From Candidatus Eiseniibacteriota bacterium (GTDB lineage Bacteria > Eisenbacteria > RBG-16-71-46 > CAZEPH01), in assembly GCA_044229145.1 (NCBI GenBank), contig JBGATO010000003.1, forward strand, positions 1 to 64,000: a stretch of DNA of 64,000 bases, in the 5' to 3' direction. The notes beneath the pieces are model-generated. The model was not told the origin of the DNA. It was given only the letters and a program-made list of their open reading frames with translations, and searched no databases. The translations under genes were made by a program, and so were the position numbers. Positions 59,289-64,000 of the stretch are shown piece by piece. Position 1 is the first letter of the stretch; the number at the start of each line of letters is the position of its first letter.

Positions 59289-60524
59289 TCAGTCGTCGTC
59301 GCGCAATTCGACGCGCAGCGTGCTGACCAGCCGCGCGAGAGCCTTCTCCACCACCGCGGTCTCGGGGTGACGGACGATGACGTAGCCTTCGCCTTCATAC
59401 GTGCCGCTCGGGCGCTGGCCCGCCTTTGGCAGTTTCGCTTCGACGACGAGCGGCGCCAGTTCGCGCTGCGCGTCTTCGAGACCGTGCAGCTTCGCCACGC
59501 GGCCGGTGCCTTGGCCGCGCAGGAACACGATGCCGCACGCGTAGTCGCGGCGTGGCGGCGTGAACTCCTCGAACACGAGAAGCCGCGCCCATGCCTTGTA
59601 CATGTCGAAGTCGTGCGCGTAGGAAATCAGCGTGGTGAACTGCGCGCCCGGCGGCCGCGCGCCGACTTCGCTCACCGCGACGGTGCCGTCCTTGCGGCGG
59701 AACCATTCCATGTGGCTCATGCCGGTCACCATGCCGAGCGTCTTCAGGACCTGCGGCGCGACGCGGCGAATCTCCGCGAACTCCGGCACGTCGATCTCGC
59801 GCGGCAGCATGACGACCCACTGGATCCACGGGTTTTGCAGCACTTCGAGCGGCGTCGGGAAGTAGCGCGAGATCGAGTGCCACACCATCTGCCCGCCGAT
59901 GCACACGCTGTCGAAGCTGTGCTCCTGGCCGGTGATGAACTCCTCGAGCAGCACCGGATTGTCGGCGCTCGGCCGCGTGACGTCGATCGCCTCGGCGAGT
60001 TCGGTGTCGGTGTTGACGCGGTAGGTGCTGCGCGCGCCGCTGCCGGCCGGCGGCTTGACCACGAGCGGGAAGCCGATGCGCTGCGCGAACGCCGCTGCTT
60101 CGGCCTGGTTGGCGACCAACTGATGCCGCGCGCACGGCAATCCAGCCGCCGCCAGGATCGACTTCATGCGCGCTTTGTCGCGGAAGTTGTCGCCTTCCTC
60201 GGCGTCCATGCCGCGGATGCCGAGCTGCTCGCGGACCTCGCCGAGCGGCACCTGCAGTTCCTCGAGCGTGCCGAGCAGCCGGTCCATCTGCGCGACGCCG
60301 AGCTCGGCGGCCAGCGCGCGGACGCCGTCGGCGATCTGGCCGGCGTCGAGCGCATTGGCTAACTGCCGGTGCGCCGAGAGCTTGGCCCGCGTGGCCGCCG
60401 GCAGTTTGTCGAGCGGATCCTGGCTCAGGAGGCAGAACTGGATGCCGGGCAGGTCCGCGACGGCATTCACGAACCGCAGCGTCGTCTCGAGGAAGAACGG
60501 CGCGACAAAGGTCACGGTAAGCAT
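59289..60524 (-). CDS. ATP-grasp domain protein (paralogue of the adjacent gene)
   Basis: FRDKARMK, GFPLVVKPPAGSG, EEFITGQE, HMEW, EVGARPPG. Confidence 0.88.
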   Translation of the reverse strand: MLTVTFVAPFFLETTLRFVNAVADLPGIQFCLLSQDPLDKLPAATRAKLSAHRQLANALDAGQIADGVRALAAELGVAQMDRLLGTLEELQVPLGEVREQLGIRGMDAEEGDNFRDKARMKSILAAAGLPCARHQLVANQAEAAAFAQRIGFPLVVKPPAGSGARSTYRVNTDTELAEAIDVTRPSADNPVLLEEFITGQEHSFDSVCIGGQMVWHSISRYFPTPLEVLQNPWIQWVVMLPREIDVPEFAEIRRVAPQVLKTLGMVTGMSHMEWFRRKDGTVAVSEVGARPPGAQFTTLISYAHDFDMYKAWARLLVFEEFTPPRRDYACGIVFLRGQGTGRVAKLHGLEDAQRELAPLVVEAKLPKAGQRPSGTYEGEGYVIVRHPETAVVEKALARLVSTLRVELRDDD

Positions 60525-60641
60525 GGCGCGCAGGGTACCGGAGGGGGAGCGGGGGTGCAACGCTGGGGTTTGGAAGGGTATCTGCGCGATTTCGGCTCGC
60601 GCCAGGGCTCAGAGGGAGGTTCAGCTTGCCAGAGTTCCCGC

Positions 60642-60676
60642 CGTTATTTAAAGTTATCGCTCAACTTTAAATAACG
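60642..60676. promoter_or_regulatory. Perfect 14-bp AT-rich inverted repeat, putative operator upstream of fic
   Basis: CGTTATTTAAAGTT-atcgctc-AACTTTAAATAACG. Confidence 0.7.
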
Positions 60677-60715
60677 AAGATCCCTATTCAAGGTTCGTGA
60701 ACAAGGGGGCGCAGA

Positions 60716-61897
60716 ATGGAGCGAGGCTCGACCGGCAGGTACGAATCAACCGCTGCTGGAGGCGAGGTCGTCAGGGCTTTCGTCCCGGCGCCGCTTCCTC
60801 CTGTACCGCCACTCTTGCTCGACGGCCAACTCCACCGCCTCCTCGAAAACGCGACGCTGGCTGTTGGCCGGTTGGACGCCGTTTCGTCCTTGCTCCCGGA
60901 CAAAGCGCTGTTCCTCTACGGCTATGTCCGCAAGGAAGCGGTTCTTTCCTCGCAGATCGAAGGCACGCAGTCCACACTGTCGGACCTCCTGCTGTTCGAA
61001 CTCGATGAGGCGCCCGGTGTGCCGCTCGACGACGTCGTCGAGGTCTCGAACTACGTCGCCGCGTTGACGCACGGCGTGCAGCGGTTGCGCGCTGGCTTCC
61101 CGTTGTCGAACCGGCTCCTGCGCGAAATGCATGGCGTGCTGCTCTCCCGTGGGCGCGGCAGCGGAAAGGAGCCTGGCGAGTTTCGCCGGTCGCAGAACTG
61201 GATTGGTGGAAGCCGTCCCGGCACCGCGCACTTTGTGCCACCACCTCCGCACCTGGTCGAGGAGTGCATGAGTGCTCTTGAAACGTTCCTTCACACGGAG
61301 GGAGATGGCATTCCGACTCTCGTGCGGGCCGGGCTGGCGCACGTGCAATTCGAGACGGTGCATCCGTTCCTCGACGGCAATGGCCGGCTCGGTCGCCTAT
61401 TGATCGCGGTCCTGTTGCATCACACCCGCGTGCTGCACGAGCCGATTCTGTACCTGAGTCTCTACCTGAAGGAGAATCGCGACACCTACTACACGCTCCT
61501 CGATCGCGTGCGCACGCACGGCGAGTGGGAGGAGTGGATGGTGTTCTTTCTCGAAGGTGTGCGCGCGACGTCGGAGAGTGCAGTCGCGACGGCGCATGAT
61601 CTCGCGGCGCTGTTCGTGGAGGACCGCGCGAAGCTGGAGTCCCTCGGGCGCCGCACCGGGTCCGCGCTCCGCGTCCACGATGCGTTGAAGGCACGACCGA
61701 TCACGTCGGTCGCGGCTGTGAGTCGCGCGACCGGCTTGGCGTTTCCGACTGTCTCTGTTGCGATGCAACTTCTCGTGGACGCGGGGATCGCACGCGAGAT
61801 GACGGGGCGACGGCGGAATCGGCTGTTCGCGTACACGGCGTACGTGGACAGATTGAGCGATGGCGCTGCGGCGCCTCGCGTGGAGCGGGAACTGTGA
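60716..61897 (+). CDS. Fic family protein (class II, N-terminal inhibitory helix) with C-terminal HTH-like region
   Basis: EAVLSSQIEGT inhibitory motif; HPFLDGNGRLGR active site; tail TGRRRNRLFAY. Confidence 0.95.
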   Translation: MERGSTGRYESTAAGGEVVRAFVPAPLPPVPPLLLDGQLHRLLENATLAVGRLDAVSSLLPDKALFLYGYVRKEAVLSSQIEGTQSTLSDLLLFELDEAPGVPLDDVVEVSNYVAALTHGVQRLRAGFPLSNRLLREMHGVLLSRGRGSGKEPGEFRRSQNWIGGSRPGTAHFVPPPPHLVEECMSALETFLHTEGDGIPTLVRAGLAHVQFETVHPFLDGNGRLGRLLIAVLLHHTRVLHEPILYLSLYLKENRDTYYTLLDRVRTHGEWEEWMVFFLEGVRATSESAVATAHDLAALFVEDRAKLESLGRRTGSALRVHDALKARPITSVAAVSRATGLAFPTVSVAMQLLVDAGIAREMTGRRRNRLFAYTAYVDRLSDGAAAPRVEREL

Positions 61898-62097
61898 GTG
61901 CGACGCCAGAAGGAAAACGCTCACTTCGTAACGTGCAGCCGACGCGCGGTCGCGCGAACTTGGCCAAACTGCGGCGGCTGACCGAGGTGGAGATTCACCG
62001 GACATCGCCGCCGGAACTCGTCGACATCCCCAATGACATGTGGGAGCGCGCGACGATCACCCATCCCGTTTCGAAACAGCGCCCGCGGGCCAAGTAG
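61894..62097 (+). pseudogene. Truncated BrnA-like antitoxin
   Basis: RGRANLAKLRRLTE.EI..TSPPEL.DIP.D.WE.A....P..KQ resembles BrnA N-termini, but the ORF ends before the ISLR.D.DV..WF DNA-binding part. GTGA coupling to fic. Confidence 0.55.
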
Positions 62098-62108
62098 GCA
62101 AAACGACA

Positions 62109-62135
62109 AGGCGTCCCGGGGATTTCCGGGACGCC
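62109..62135 (-). terminator. Intrinsic terminator of icd (possibly bidirectional)
   Basis: aggcgtcccgg-gattt-ccgggacgcct, followed on the minus strand by TGTCGTTTTG. Confidence 0.7.
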
Positions 62136-62164
62136 TCATTCCGACACCGAATGGTGCGGTTTGC

Positions 62165-63376
62165 CTACCCCGCCGCGCGCAAATTCCGCTCGATCGCCGC
62201 CAGGAACTTCTGCGTCGTCAGGTACGGCGCATCCGGCCCGATGAGCAGCGCCAGGTCCTTCGTCATCTCGCCGCCTTCGACGGTCTCGATGCAGACGCGC
62301 TCCAACTTCTCGGCGAACGCGACGACGTCCGGCGTGCCGTCGAACTGGCCGCGGTAGCGCAGGCCCTGCGTCCACGCGAAGATCGACGCGATCGGGTTGG
62401 TGGACGTCTCCTTGCCGGCCTGGTGCTGGCGGTAGTGGCGCGTCACCGTGCCGTGCGCGGCTTCGGCTTCGACCGTCTTGCCGTCCGGCGAAAGCAGCAC
62501 CGAGGTCATGAGTCCGAGCGAGCCGAAGCCCTGCGCCACCGAGTCGCTCTGCACGTCGCCGTCGTAGTTCTTGCACGCCCACACGAAGCCGCCGTCGGAC
62601 TTGAGCGAGGTCGCCACCATGTCGTCGATCAAGCGGTGCTCGTACACGATGCCGGCGGCTTCGAACTTCGCGCGGAACTCGGCATCGTAGATCTCGGCGA
62701 AGATGTCCTTGAAGCGGCCATCGTACTTCTTGAGGATCGTGTTCTTGGTCGACAAGTACACCGGCCAGCCGAGCGACAGGCCGTAGTTGAGACACGAGCG
62801 GGCGAAGCCGGCGATCGACTCGTCGAGGTTGTACATCGCCAGCGCGACGCCGCCGCCAGGGAAATCGAACACCGTGTGCATGACCGGCGCCGAGCCGTCG
62901 GCCGGCGTGAACGTCAAGGTCAGCGCGCCGGCGCCCGGCACCACCATGTCGGTGGCGCGGTATTGATCGCCGAAGGCGTGACGGCCGATGACGATCGGCT
63001 TCGTCCAGCCCGGCACCAGGCGCGGCACGTTCCGGCAGATGATCGGCTGCCGAAACACCGTCCCGTTGAGGATGTTGCGGATCGTCCCGTTCGGCGACTT
63101 CCACATCTGCTTGAGGCCGAACTCCTTCACGCGTGCTTCGTCCGGCGTGATGGTGGCGCACTTGACGCCGACGCCGTACTGCTTGATCGCGTTCGCCGAG
63201 TCGATGGTGATCTTGTCGTCGGTGGCGTCGCGCGATTCGATGCCGAGGTCGAAGTACTTCAACTCCACGTCGAGGAACGGCAGGATCAACGTCTCGCGAA
63301 TCATCTGCCAGATGATGCGGGTCATTTCATCGCCGTCGAGTTCGACGAGCGGGGTGGCGACGCGAATCTTCGACAT
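62165..63376 (-). CDS. icd: NADP-dependent isocitrate dehydrogenase (type II)
   Basis: [61 protein letters not shown]. Confidence 0.97.
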   Translation of the reverse strand: MSKIRVATPLVELDGDEMTRIIWQMIRETLILPFLDVELKYFDLGIESRDATDDKITIDSANAIKQYGVGVKCATITPDEARVKEFGLKQMWKSPNGTIRNILNGTVFRQPIICRNVPRLVPGWTKPIVIGRHAFGDQYRATDMVVPGAGALTLTFTPADGSAPVMHTVFDFPGGGVALAMYNLDESIAGFARSCLNYGLSLGWPVYLSTKNTILKKYDGRFKDIFAEIYDAEFRAKFEAAGIVYEHRLIDDMVATSLKSDGGFVWACKNYDGDVQSDSVAQGFGSLGLMTSVLLSPDGKTVEAEAAHGTVTRHYRQHQAGKETSTNPIASIFAWTQGLRYRGQFDGTPDVVAFAEKLERVCIETVEGGEMTKDLALLIGPDAPYLTTQKFLAAIERNLRAAG

Positions 63377-63536
63377 CGGGGTCTCCCGGGGCAAACAGTG
63401 GTGGAGCGACTTCAGAGGTCCCCGGGAAAGTAGCGACGTGGAGCGGGCAAGGCAACCGCAACGGAAGGGGAGGACGGGGCCATGCGGGGTGTGCCGCGCT
63501 CCGGGCCGCCTCAGGCGGGCCCGGAGCGCGAATCCG

Positions 63537-64000
63537 TCAGCGGGCGATCAGCACCCGGGCGCGCTGCGTGGGGGCCGTGCCGGTGAGCCGCAGCTCGTAC
63601 ACGCCGCTCGAGCGCGCGGCCGTGGGCGTCGCGGCCGTCCCAGGTGACGGTGCGATCGCCGGCGGCGAAGCGGCCGTGCGCCAGCGTCGCCACGCGGCGG
63701 CCGCGGATGTCGAAGACGCTGACATCGGTGTCGCCCGCGGCGCCCGCTGCGGTGAAGCGCACGGTGAGCGCGCCGCCGGTCCGCAGCGGTTGCGGATACG
63801 CCGCGAGCGCGAGGCCCGGCCCGCCGGCGGTTTCGCCCACCTGGATCGTCTCGCCGAGACCGTTGGTGGCGAGCAGTCGGTAGTGCGCGGACGCGCGGAG
63901 CCGTTCGGATCGGCGACGCTGGTGTCGCGCGTCGTGGCGACGGTGATCCAGTGCGCCGCGTCGGCTTCGCGCTCGAGCGTGTAGCTGGCGAGATCGGCCG
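63537..64000 (-). CDS. C-terminal part of a secreted protein with FlgD-Ig-like tail, containing two apparent frameshifts
   Basis: Three frames join: [11 protein letters not shown]...DPNGS / [12 protein letters not shown]...[11 protein letters not shown]...[11 protein letters not shown] / SSGVYELRL...LIAR*. Confidence 0.65.
   Translation of the reverse strand, partial: ADLASYTLEREADAAHWITVATTRDTSVADPNGSARPRTTDCSPPTVSARRSRWAKPPAGRASRSRRIRNRCGPAARSPCASPQRAPRATPMSASSTSAAAAWRRWRTAASPPAIAPSPGTAATPTAARSSGVYELRLTGTAPTQRARVLIAR

Noticed and set aside
5220..60362. Other shadow ORFs over 1000 aa (5220-8612, 35756-39415, 39428-42661, 40515-44129, 56814-60362)
   Set aside because: Each overlaps well-supported genes and has no recognisable domains.
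60642..60676. Palindrome as a Xer/dif site
   Set aside because: Perfectly symmetric 14-bp arms with a 7-bp spacer do not fit the 11-6-11 asymmetric dif layout.

Overview
High-GC (about 70% by eye) bacterial chromosomal segment. Seven secreted proteins end in a shared FlgD-Ig-like/T9SS-CTD-like domain, which suggests an FCB-related lineage such as Ca. Eisenbacteria (inference only). The left 40 kb is a secretome and signalling region. It holds an ECF sigma tail with a zf-HC2 anti-sigma, a GH-A-like hydrolase, a WDG-repeat beta-propeller and a VIT-vWA protein. It also holds a NicO-type transporter with a metal-binding lipoprotein, a 4159-aa beta-helix/Ig surface protein, a GH57/GH119-like amylase and a multi-domain scaffold-like protein. 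The right part is mostly housekeeping: lhr-nei, AraC, ispG, a hybrid histidine kinase, a VPS10/BNR protein with a LolA-like protein, two ATP-grasp genes with glgB, a fic islet and icd. The best candidate for an undescribed system is a translationally coupled operon at 30194-35536: ECF sigma, a membrane non-RD Ser/Thr kinase with a DUF4384-like ectodomain, and a secreted TPR-CHAT protease. The kinase ectodomain and the protease share an L-R-G-[IL]-G-G motif, and a divergent secreted gene has an ECF-type promoter. Also notable are a (CTGCT)5 tract that puts a signal peptide out of frame and a six-Cys cohesin-like domain present four times. No rRNA, tRNA, CRISPR array, transposase, integrase or reverse transcriptase was recognised. 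All family assignments come from motif recognition by eye, not database searches.
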